In this document: one piece after another, positions 26,296-38,543 of the stretch | How positions within the stretch are numbered: the first letter of the stretch is position 1 | Layout: every line of letters starts with the position of its first letter | Assembly: GCA_051362555.1 (NCBI GenBank) | Contig: CM120648.1 | Location: forward strand, 4,274,587 to 4,338,586 | DNA: 64,000 nt | DNA from: Lingula anatina | Lineage: Eukaryota > Animalia > Brachiopoda | Reading direction: 5' to 3' | Position numbers and translations under genes: made by a program | Notes under the pieces: model-generated | Seen by the model: the letters and a program-made list of their open reading frames with translations, nothing else | Told to the model about the DNA's origin: nothing | Database searches by the model: none

Positions 26296-27470
26296 CCTTA
26301 AAATGCACCGAAATATTGATAATGGTGAAATGTCATGAGCCAAATTCGCTCTCAAAGACGCTCAAAATCCCGTGAGGGTTACCCACGGATTATAACAACA
26401 AGAGGTTATGTGCAGGGTCCTGGTTTGAGTTATGAGCTATACACGCTAGTTCAAGAATCTATATGCAGCCGTCTTCACTTGAGAAGATCTCTTGAATATT
26501 GAAAATGCGGGAGCTCCGGGGTCTTCTTTAGCGACTACCATCACTGTTAGGCGTTAGAGTCTATGGGAGAGTGTAGCAGTTATAGTTTACAACACATCAG
26601 CAGGACTAATCGTCTTAGATAGAAAGTCGTCTTTAATAGAACGTCTTAACTTCAAAAGATGGGACTTGTGTTGAACCACAATGACTTCTATGTGCTTTTG
26701 TACATGAATTAGGATAATTTTAATAAATTCAGATGCAGCAGCAGTAACACACAGTAGATAACGCTGTACGGCAGAACTGTGGTCTCTTTGTATCCGTCCT
26801 CAGATTAACATGGGCTGAGACACCGGGATGGACAATGCACAGACTGGCGGCGTTTTTTACGGCGCTTACTATACGTGTATTAAACGTTCGCTGTTGCAGT
26901 GTCTATGTGGTTCACTGTCTATATACATCGGTATATACATTTAATCTGCCGGCACACTGAGGGATTTTTTACTGCAGCCTGCCAGCAGTTACAGTTTGAC
27001 ATTGTCTCTTTCATACCGGTGCTACACAGTACATACTGTGCTAGCCTATTCTGGACTTACTTTCCCAATCATTTCATTCTTTCCATGAACAATTTCTGGT
27101 CATCTTATGAATAAATCCCCGAAATCCTAGAGAACAGCGGTGAAGATGAAATGGTCGTCTCCACGCTACGGTTGAGCGTTTCTTGTGAATATTTTACATC
27201 AGTATAGATAACCTTAAGAGGCATCGTAGAACAGATACACTGTATATGTAGTGTGGTGTGACCAACTCCATTTACTGATGTTCATGTTTCGTGGCCCATT
27301 TAATTCTGATGACTTTGTATTCCCATCCCGTGAGCTGCACATTTTAGGTTAACACACTTGGAAAGTCACAGTGACTACACAGAAGCCGAAATATTGGTTC
27401 ACAAAAATCCAACATAGCCACCTACTGCAGAAACTGTGTGGACGTCTTCCCAGCGAATGTCACGGCTGAT

Positions 27471-27518
<48 letters not shown>

Positions 27519-28911
27519 TGAAATAAAAATTTGTTGTCATGAAGTTTCTTTCGCGCGCTACTATCAGTTCACCTTCAACTGTATTGAAGAGACAACAGTA
27601 AACTCGCCTTAACATGGTTGGGTAACCCTGGCACGGGGACGAGGTTATGCCAATGTTACTGATTAATTACCCGCGGCCGGGCAGTGTGTTTTTTATACAA
27701 CGGCAATGCGGTAGTAGTAAAGTAATGATAGCTGCTGCATTTTGATTCCCGCTTGGCTGAGCGTAACAATTTCCATCTCACCTACTGCAATTGTTATTTT
27801 CCAACTTGAAGGTAACTTATCTCGGATATTCCCGCCAAACTGAATTTTCCTCGAAACGAAGCAACTTTCTCCTATTCACAAATCAAAACTGGGCCCGTCT
27901 TGCCCTTGGATTCGACGTTTTGTATCATTTTAACTTAGTAGTTTAGTTCTAAATGTTTCCCGTAGGCTCAACATTTCAATCGAAATGTCTTCCTTCTCAG
28001 ACCAATTACAGAAAGTGTACAAACAGTTTTAAAGTCCGATTTGGGAATGACTCCAGGATATCTTCAAACGCGGACGGTAATTTAAACTATGTACATTCCA
28101 TAAGTATGTTTCTACCAGAATCGGGTATTTTGTGTGCGTCATTATCTCCTATGACATTAGATACATCGAATACAATATATACGAAAAGTTGTTCATATAT
28201 TTTAATTGAATAATCTAATTAACTTCTTTGTCATTATCTTTACTCAAGGGTTTTTTCTTTCTTTTTAGTTAACCTACAGTAACATTTTGGTCCACCTTGA
28301 TTTACGTGTTTAATTAATAAAAGACTTACGCCATAGCAGAATGAAATACGCTCTGGTGATGTGTCTAAGGGCGACGCTGTTTGCCATCAAGTCACATACA
28401 GAGCCGCACTGGGCGTCCTTTATAGGGTCAGCGGGTCTATACCCCGACTATCAAAGTTTCCCGGTCATCATGGCCTTGGGCAGATATGTGGTCAGATATC
28501 GTCTGCTGGCTTTTAATGCACTGCCATTCACAAAACCTGAAAGTTCATTTATTCACATGTAGTATTATGACTCGAGTTTAGGGCGCTCCATACATTTTTT
28601 CATTGAAATTTCGACGATTTCTTGCTTATTATCAAAGCAAAAGAACTTCAATTGTAACAGTTGTTTAAGGCTAATGCATTTACTCCTCAACAATTTTATC
28701 AAACCCGAACCCCATCATCAAGGCATACCCTATCCAAAGAAATTGAAAAAAATGAAAAACTATAAATCTGTTTTCGTGCCCTTAACATAACTGATTTCTC
28801 TCGTTACAGTGTCCATCTCCTTTACCAGAGTGACTAGCACATAACAGACTAAAAAAGTTCATATTTCCGTACTGTGAACAAGAATTTAGGAAAAATAAAC
28901 AAACAGACAAA

Positions 28912-28942
<31 letters not shown>

Positions 28943-29036
28943 AGTTATTGCCCGGCGGGCCTCAGGTAGAGAGTACTCTCATACAAGACTCAGATCGGAG
29001 TTATTGGTATTTATTATACTGTGTGTACTGCTAACC

Positions 29037-29171
29037 TACCCTCTACCAGGGTGGCAGATTATATAGAGAAAAACGGGGGAAACCAGAAATGGTTAAATGG
29101 CCGTCTATTTATCTAAAGACGTATATGTGAATATTCTGTGAACAGTCAATCTTTGGCGCTGGTAGAGGGTA
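29037..29171. mobile_element. ~135-bp MITE, family B (TIR TACCCTCTACCAG, 9-bp TSD)
   Basis: CTGCTAACC on both flanks; perfect 13-bp TIR. Confidence 0.8.
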
Positions 29172-30666
29172 CTGCTAACCTAACACAGTGACTCTTATCG
29201 CAATTACTCTGACCCTGACAGGTGATCTACGGGTGAACACATTAAGTGGATCGATCATCACGCTGGTTTGATTAGAACTTCATTCATAACCAAAAGAAGT
29301 TAACGAGATGACGGCACTGAGATCGATCGATCGACCAGCCTGTGTGAACTCTGTTTGACCACTACCATAGACCCACGTGCATTCAGAGCCGTTAACGATT
29401 TACCTTCAGTGTTTAAAGTGAGAGCGGTTCGGTTATTTGTGCAGTACTTCAATTGAAAAGCGGATTATGCCCATATGGTTTTATGCATTCAATAAGTCGT
29501 GTTGCCTTGAAGTGGACAGTGTGCTTGGACAATGCATTGTGCAGCACTGGACTCTACTGTTAAAAATCTTTGGGGACTAACTGCGATCATTCTCTTTCTA
29601 TTTCTCTCTCTCTCTCTGACTGCCAAGTTTGCACACTTGAACTATGACTGTTCTAGATTGCCAATGCTCTAATAACGACACTTACAATGACAGTAAAACA
29701 CGAAAAGGGGGGCTCCAAAATTTTGTTAATAACCGATTATGATTGGTATCACTAAAGAACGCGACAAATTGACTAGATACATATTTGTCAATCGTTTGGA
29801 CCATATGATCCCAAGAAATGACGTTCAGCAGACATTAACGTGCAGTTCATTTCTTCATTATGCAACTGAAACCTCCACAGTTTTAATCGAATACTATTTC
29901 CAACCATCTGTGAGGGGTATAACCCCGCAACGACGTGGCTAAATATCTCACAAAATGTCAAGGGCAGAAATCTTAATGCACTGGTAGACAAGTGCAAAAC
30001 AGGAAATAATTTTAAAAAGTTATATGTTTGCTTAAGCAGTTGTGGCCCTAAATATTTACCGGTAGTCATGGAATAAAATAACCTCAGACTAAGCTACATT
30101 TTGTCCGTTTAATCGTGATATCATTTTAACTCATCTGCGTTCTCTGTGGCGTCTTAAATCTACCCTTAATAATACAGAAGTTCACATGGCTTACCCGAGT
30201 CTTCCTTTCTCGTGTCAAAAAAAGCTAAAAATCAGGGATAAGTCAGCAATCCTTGGTGATTCGCAGTCCTTTGCGTAATACTCAGTCCGTAAGTCAATAA
30301 CGCGGACTCAATAGGCCAGCGTCAACAGAGTACTGTGAATACCCACTTAACATATATCGGTTACGTACCAGGTTAAAGCGAGGTGCTGATTTCTTTGTCG
30401 TTAGTTCAGACTGCAGTGTTTACTTAAGTGACGTTCGATGTATATACTCACACGCATATTAAACAACTATAAAAAAACGAAGACTTCGGTATGTATCCCG
30501 TGAAAAAAACTCGTCAGCTGATAGGTTTTCGTCAATCTGGCCGGTAACGCAAACCAGTTCCATTAGGCGAGAAAAAGTTCCTCATCAATACGATCAGTCA
30601 TTTTACCCAAGTCTCTTGTTAAAGTGTAAGTCATTAAAAAAAAAGCAAAAAAAAAAAATAATAATA

Positions 30667-30700
<34 letters not shown>

Positions 30701-31077
30701 TGAGAGAGAGAGAGAGAGAGAGAGCTGGGTAAGACTACATCGTATTTCACCATCTCATCGGATGTCTCGTCGCCAAACCCTACTATTATCGTCGCTATGG
30801 GTCGTGATAGGGGTGGAACGGTTTTCGACCCTGTGACGACCGCGGGAGATGATGAACGCAGGGGTGCATCTATCCACTGGGTTTGCAAATTAAATGAGGA
30901 GCGAACAAGGATAGGAATATCAAAATAGTAGACAAAGGGAATTTACTGCAATATATACAGATAGTACAGTGGAGAATGGTTTGGTTTTGTATAGTTTCAC
31001 TAGCTTATTTTTTGCCGTTTCGGGTAGGAGAAGGGTAAGATAGAGATACCTTGAGAGTTAAGAGGGCAACACATTCT

Positions 31078-31114
<37 letters not shown>

Positions 31115-31242
31115 TGTGCGCTGGGTCACGCTCTCCTTATTCCTTAACAAATAATTTTATAAATATGCATATCACCATCACATTATAACGCGCTGGGGTG
31201 GGGTGGGGGGGAGGAATTTAGTTTCAGAATCTGTATACAGCC

Positions 31243-31365
31243 TACCCTCTTCCAGGGCCACGGTTTGATTTTTTCACTAGATATACAAATGTCATTGGTT
31301 AAAACTCTTCTGCATTTTGTTAGAGATAAGTGCACGTAATAAATCTGAGGCCCTGGTAGAGGGTA
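31243..31365. mobile_element. MITE family B
   Basis: TIR taccctcttccagggcc / ggccctggtagagggta; flanks TATACAGCC / TATACAGTC. Confidence 0.8.
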
Positions 31366-32204
31366 TATACAGTCTGCGATCAAGGTGACTGCATAAAACC
31401 CAGGCACGGTTAAAGAAATAATGTGTCTGTCCCAGTTCAGCGCCTTGAAAAAAATCCATAATATGGTAAGCTTTACAAATAATTCATAACGCCAGAGAAG
31501 TGAAAATTGTTTTCGTCATATGGGTTTAACGGTGCACTGGGTTAACACAAAAAAAAGAGAAGTCAATTTTGATCAAGGTATTGAGTTTCAATACAACAAT
31601 TCATCCTTTACCGGGACCCCAAGGTTCAACTCGCGATCATTCGTGCCACTTATAGTTTTATCTACCATATACTGTATAATATGAAAGGGTGTATGATTTT
31701 GTTACAGAAGACCCTATACAAACAGAATGGATCCTTGACGGCAGTCCCATGCTACAGTTTGACTGTTTATCTCTTACAATATGCGTCTTGATTTATTTTC
31801 CAATTTTTGAATAATATTCCGTGATTTATTATTATTTTTTAATGTTATTTCTTTTATTCAAGTGAAAATCATTTCTAGTGGAGAGGCCCGGCTGTCGGTT
31901 TGAATACAAAGAATCCGTATAAGATTATTTAAAACTAATGCGATCAGCGCGCATCAGTTCTGTAGTATTTGCACTTGTTGGGATTTTGACCATACCGGTT
32001 TTCGAATACAAGAACAAATTAATTCTCACTTAAGGTTATCAGTACAGTTAAGAGTTCATCATATGCTAGACATTTTATATCCCCTTATTAAAAATATTAA
32101 TAAATGTAAACAGGCACCCATTGTTGTGCCAGATGGAGAAGATAGGACCTATATCTCTGGATCTTCCATATCAGCGCGGAGACGGGGGCAAGTCGCACAC
32201 TCGT

Positions 32205-32339
32205 TATTCTCTACAGGGGCCGCAGATTAATTATATGTGCACGTTTCTCCAACACAGTGGAGAAATGTGCCGTGAAGTAACCAGAGACGTATCTGTGAAA
32301 TTCTAGTGAAAAATTAATCTGTCGCCCTGGTAGAGAGTA
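32205..32339. mobile_element. MITE family B, opposite orientation to 31243-31365
   Basis: Ends tattctctacagggg / ccctggtagagagta; flanks CACACTCGT / AGCACTCGT. Confidence 0.7.
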
Positions 32340-34239
32340 AGCACTCGTAACTCATCCTGTATAATTATGCGATGTACTTAAACGTATATTTCCATACGTG
32401 GACATTTGTATAAAATATTAATGAAATAATTGGGGCGAATAAATAGAAATGATTCACTTTGCCAATCAAAACGCTGGGGCAGCTTTTGCAGCAGTCGAAC
32501 ATAAGGAAAGAAGAGCAGAAAATAACAAATATACTGTGAATTCTTTTATTTTCTGGAATTAAAAATAAATGTCCCAATAAACACAAAATAGGCAAGCATG
32601 GCTCAGCTTCCTAAACATAACTGTATATTGTTTTTTTTACTGCGACAATAACCAACTTACTGTAAAAATATATTAAAGATGCTACGGTTAAATACAGATT
32701 ATAAATCTCACATCTGGGATAAATATCACAAAACAATGACAGATCCATCATACAGGGAGAGGATAATGTAGCCATGTATCCCCTCTTTAAAATAATATTG
32801 GACAGCCCCCCCCCCCCCCCCGCCCCGCCCTTCGGGGCCCGCGACCCTGCACAAAACCCTGTACACAAACAATAATCAACCAGTTGTCTGGGATACATTA
32901 ATATGTATATATATCGTTACAGAAAGAACTAGTTCACAAAATATGAATATTGTTAAAAAATTAATATGTGCAATATGCATGTCAAGCAGAAATATTCTAC
33001 TAGTAAGTGAATGTACCACCGATCGCAAATATAGCAAAACATTTCAAAACGAATATATCAAGCAACTTGTAATCTCTTCGAAAAAATAAAAATAAAACAG
33101 GAAAACACTGACATGGTATAATACCCACTGAAGCGCTAAATGGTAAATGCTGAGGTTTAAAATCAGATTATTTTAAAGTTAGTGACATTTCACTAACTAC
33201 AAATAAAAAACACGTCAATAACCAAACAAAGCAATAACACTGCAAAAAATGGAGCATTCCAACAAAATTAAAAAACAGAAATTCACATAATTATGCAGTT
33301 TACGTAATTATCATGGCAGTTAGACTTCTCCTTTTAGAAAGGTTGATCACACAATGAAACAACGTCTGTGACAACAATATATAATACAACTTTATAATCT
33401 AGCATTTTTGAACTTATACAAAAAAGTGAATTCTTACAGTATGTGTATTATTGTATCATTTAACAATTTCAAAAATAGAAAATTATATAAATGGAACAAG
33501 AATTTCTGGAATGTAAATTGTATATCTTAGCGAAAAAATTAGGACATCTACTCAAGTTCCTGGAGATACAACTGTCCCGTACCCAAAATAGAATAATTAT
33601 TTGAATCATTCATAATACCCAAATTAGTTAACAAGTTGTATGGAACGTGTCTTCAAGTCTGTCATCAATAAATGTCAACACTGGTTGATATTTAGGTGAG
33701 ACATCAGCGAGAATCTATTACTAAGACCAGGCAAAGTTGTTTAGTTGGTTAACAAGTGTGGCCAATCCTCATTTTGAAGAAATCAGTTTCCTCTTTTTTT
33801 TTCAAATGAAAAAAAAATGCATTTGGTATATTTAATCTACTAAAGAACTTATTTTCAGAGAGTGGCAGCTCATTAACCTTGTGATTAATTTTGTCTGGCC
33901 TAACTATATTATAAGTTATGTTCATTAACTTTGTATTTATGAAACGGAAACTAAGCTATCAAACAGCTTGATTTGACAGAGGCTTGGAGAGAGGGAGAAT
34001 GCCAAAGTTTCAGTCTCGTGTACAAATACTAAAATATATTGCTGCATCTGTGGAACCAGCTGACAAACTCTCCGCCACAGTCTCTTCAAACTTCAAAGAT
34101 TCCTTCCTTTTATGTGTCATTTCATCAAAAAGAGTTGGAAAATATATACAACAACAGTGTAAAAACCAGGACTGCTCCATGATATATAACCCAGTGTTGA
34201 TATGTGTAAGCAGGTGTCTGAGGGAGTCCAGTAGAGATA

Positions 34240-35389
34240 TTACACAACATTCGTGTAGGCAGGAGGCTGAGGAGGACCAGCAGAGTAAGCCGGGGGTGGT
34301 TGTCCATATCCAGCTGGAGCTTGGTGGATCATTCCTGGAAGATATGGAGTAAGTATATTGCTAAGTTAAAAGGGGTGTTAAAGTACATGTATGTGTGTGA
34401 ATGTGCACATTTGCATAAGTGTGTGAGTGAGTGTGTGCAAATGCGTGCCAGCACACTTGCTATGTAAGACTAAATGTTGTTACTAAGTATATTAACATGA
34501 AGCTTTTAAAACAATATGTAAAAGGGAAGAAAGGAAAATACGTCTCATTCCCCTCTTTACTGCAAGTCCAGCTGCACATGCGTGCGTGCGTGTGTGTGCA
34601 TGCACATGCAAACTTACCTTGATTGTAACCATACTGTGGGCATGGAGAAGTGGTGACAGTTCTGGTGACAGTCACTGATGGCTGCGTTTGGACCGCTGCG
34701 ACAGCTGGGACGGTTGTAATGACGGTTCCCTGAGGAATACAAACCATCAAAAAACGTGTTCTTATTATATTTTATGTATGTCCCTTTCAGGTGGAAAACC
34801 CAGAAAATGGACATTGGACTTGAATAAAATACAAAATCACCTCAGGAATCTTATACATCTCATACAGGCCCATAGCCAGCAATTTCAAAAAGGGGGGTTC
34901 TTTTTCTGAAAAAGTGCACCTTTTTCCATAAAAGCTTCATGTACCTACTAGATCAAATTTTACCCAGAGTGGACCTTTTCTCAGCAAAAGGGGTGGTTCT
35001 TTTGACCCCCCCGAACCCCCCCTGGCTACAGGCCCGTTATACATGTAGTACTTGTACCAGATATAAATACAATACCTGGGTGCTCCTACAACACAGGCCA
35101 TGGCAGGTGATTCCAAAGGAAATACAGGCAATAATCCCCTCCACAATAGACAGGGCCAGCATACAGGTGGCCAGAGCCTTCACCTCCCTACGAACATCCT
35201 GTTTAATTGTAAATGATTATATCAAATCATTAGTTTATTATATATAATTAAATGCACTGCAGTTAAGGATGGTCAGAGGGAACTACTGGATATAATGTTA
35301 CAAAGTAAGTTTTGAGTGTTTACAGCCCTGAGACAATGACCATTCAGTGGGAGCATGAATACTTTTAAATAGGTGGTGAGACAAATACT

Positions 35390-35420
<31 letters not shown>

Positions 35421-37024
35421 TAGTTAACCCCCAAAAGGTTAAAACTAAAATTCCTACAAATAAAAATATTTTACAACTACAAATGTTTTACAAACAACCT
35501 TAAGATAAATCAATAATAATGATGGAAATTATCTAAAACAGCAAATGGGATCTTTCTAAGAGCAACTTACTCGTGAAGGTGGAGCCAGAGTGGTGAAATA
35601 GTCATCATAGGAATCATAGGGATCATAGGAATCATAGGCTTCTCGGCCGTAATTCATGTCAATGGCAGAAATAGTCAACAGGATAAGGCCTGCGCCAGCA
35701 CCAGCAAAGATCACCAGGATCATAAAGCTGATAATCTGTGAAAGAAAAAATATAGCGAGAATAAAAAAAGAGGACAGAAGTTGACAGAATCGAACATTAA
35801 GAGCTGATTTCACGAGCTGATTTTAAACTGGACATTCCTTAGTTACCATAGTATGAAAACCCTACAAATTTAAACTACAATTACAAAAGAGGTATAATAA
35901 AATTAATATATATTACTCACCATACATTTGTTCTTCTTTGATGCAAGTACACCCAGGATTCCAGTGACAATGAACTAAATGAAAAATATTTTGACATAGC
36001 AACTTCACTTAATGCCCTTACTTAACACATATCAGTTAATTGAAACTTATTTATTTATTGTTATCAATAATGACGACGATGAATTATTCATCAAGAATAG
36101 CAGCTATAATTGCCTCCAATTATCCAAGTTTTTTTTTTAATTTAACAAATTTCTCAAATTCAGAATAAGTAATAATTTTATATTTTTTTATTTTCAAAGA
36201 ACAATGAACAATTGATTTTTAGATTTTTTCAGGGTAAGAATATGGCTATTATTATCAATATCATTATCATCACCATTCACCACTTACATTTTTATCGATT
36301 ACTACTATTTTCATTTTTGCTTTTATTCTTCTTATAACTGTTCTTCTCATTAGTATTACTATTTTTACTACTTTTTCATTACTTCTATTGGCATAATTAT
36401 TATCATTACTGTCTTCGTTCTCTTTATCAATATAATTGCCATTATCTTGATTACTTTTTTAATCATTATTATCAATTGTTCTAACTAACCAGGACTCCCA
36501 GCCATATCCCCGCGGCAGTGTTGGAATTGACCACTTGGGGTCTGGTACCATCAGGGAAAAGTACCATGAAGACTATGGCAAATACCACACAAAGCACTCC
36601 AATAACAATCTGGGTTATTCCCAAGCCAACTGAAGCCTTGCTCATGTACCTGGAAAACAATATATGTAATGCACAGGTTATACATGATGTATTGAAATTG
36701 AATTTGGAAAAAAAAATATAATAAAAATCATGGAGACCTAGTGTTTATATCAGTACTACCAAAATATGTATTAAAAAAATAATAAAAATAAGGAAAGAAA
36801 TAAAGGAAAGGAAAAAAATAAAGAAAGAAATGAAAAAGAAATAGTTGTCTTAATTACCCAGGGCAGATACTGACGTCCTGTGCCGGTGGTGTCACTACTG
36901 TGTGCTGAACTACAGATGGCGCCACTACTGTCTGCTGAACTACAGGTCGTGTCACTACCGTTCGTTGCACTGTAGGTGCCGATAGTCGTCCATACTGAAT
37001 AGAAGTGGTCTTCGTCCTCTGCAT
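34240..37024 (-). CDS. MS4A/CD20-like four-transmembrane protein; exons 37024-36858, 36649-36490, 35974-35921, 35735-35571, 35198-35076, 34729-34618, 34334-34240 (~291 aa); probable non-coding exon ending at 37771
   Basis: Four hydrophobic helices with LGITQIVIG and AGIWLG..FIVTGILG motifs typical of the CD20-like family; Cys-rich end of TM4; Pro-rich tail with two PPAY motifs; phases consistent. Confidence 0.82.
34865..35036 (+). mobile_element. MITE family A in an MS4A-like intron
   Basis: Near-identical to 1984-2151; flanks TCATA/TTATA. Confidence 0.85.
36891..36980. repeat. 3 x 30-bp coding tandem repeat (xVQxTVV units)
   Basis: gtcactactgtgtgctgaactacagatggc / gccactactgtctgctgaactacaggtcgt / gtcactaccgttcgttgcactgtaggtgcc. 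Confidence 0.8.
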
Positions 37025-37770
37025 CTTGAGATTTTTCTGCACAGTTCTAGTGCTGGCTTGACATACATAAAAAATTTATACCCACAAAGTCAAAGATTAT
37101 TCAAAAATTTATAAATACCAAGTAATAACTTAAGCTTAAGGAGACAAATAAACCATATTATTATTAAAAAGGCTTTTAAGTTTTTCCTTACTACTATCAC
37201 AGGGCAGTCATTGAAAGAAACATTTTTCTTGTTAATAAAACCTTAAAATCGGTCCTGTTTTTACAAATGGTTTTGAAGAATTTAATCTTACTATATGTAT
37301 TAGTGTTTTGAACTAATTGGACCTGTGAGTTCTACAAAGGAGACGTGTAGCTGATCATGATGATGAATTTTTAATTGACTGGTCTTCTGTCGCACCTGTA
37401 GGTACCAGTATTCCAAAAAAGAAGCATACTGAGTAGATAAAAAATATATATTTTTTATTGCAAAATTGTAATAATCCCTTAATGTAGCCTACTGATGCGT
37501 CAGAGTTTTTTTCATATATTTCTTTGAAATGACCTTGAAGATTTATCACTGTCCTATAAACGAAAGTAGGTCACGCCTTCCATTTTAGAACGTTGTCCCG
37601 TGTACATTTTTAAATTTTTGTGATCATTTAAAGATGACTAATTAATGACACACATTTAAATGAATAACAATTGGTAGACCAATACATAATGTCTTTGTTT
37701 ATTAGTCAAATGTTTGTCCATTTATCAATCGTATTCATAATACAAACGGATGTTTGTTTAGTTTTCCTAC

Positions 37771-38024
37771 CTGTCGCTGCGCTTCACTTCTTTCTCTTTC
37801 TGCTATTCCGCTTGGTGGCTGCACGGTTGGCCAAGACTACCCATATGTTGTTGCCTTCAGAGTTAACATTTCACCAAAATAACTTGAAAAGACGTTAACT
37901 TTATTGGTATAAATCTAGATATTTACACAATTCTCAGAATAATTTATTCGGTTTTAATTTTTGAATAAATAATATACCTGTACTAAAGGATTAGGGGACT
38001 ATCCTGTCTTGGAAAAGTATAAAA
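37771..38024. promoter_or_regulatory. Putative bidirectional promoter, MS4A-like / PSMB6
   Basis: Minus-strand donor CAG|GTAGG at 37770 and PSMB6 ATG at 38025; ATTGG (CCAAT box) at ~37903; YY1-like AAAATGGCG over the ATG. Confidence 0.5.
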
Positions 38025-38492
38025 ATGGCGTCAACAGCATTGCACCCGGCTTCTTTGCGATCTCACAATTTATCGTCTGATTTATCTCCAGACTGGCTTA
38101 CCAGCGAACATAGCACTGGGGTAAGTTAAAAAAAATAACCAAGACTCCTAAAATGTCGTATGTGGTGTAGAAGAAAGACTCACTGAGTGAATGACAGTCT
38201 TGTAAACTGGTGACTCCGCATGACTTGCAAATGACAATGGTTGTGCCATGTTCTGCTTTCACTCAGAAAGTCATAATAACAGTCTAGACTATCACATTGT
38301 AAATAACACAGTCAAATATGTTTTGCATTTTTCTTATATTAAACAAAATTATTATGATCGCTATTTTTCACCAGAATTCATAATTGTAAATTGAAGGATT
38401 AGACTGCAAGAACGGGAATTTGAAGTAACACGATTTTGAAGATGAGGTTTGACTAGATTTATTTTCAGAAAAGTCATAATGTATGTTAATTG

Positions 38493-38543
<51 letters not shown>

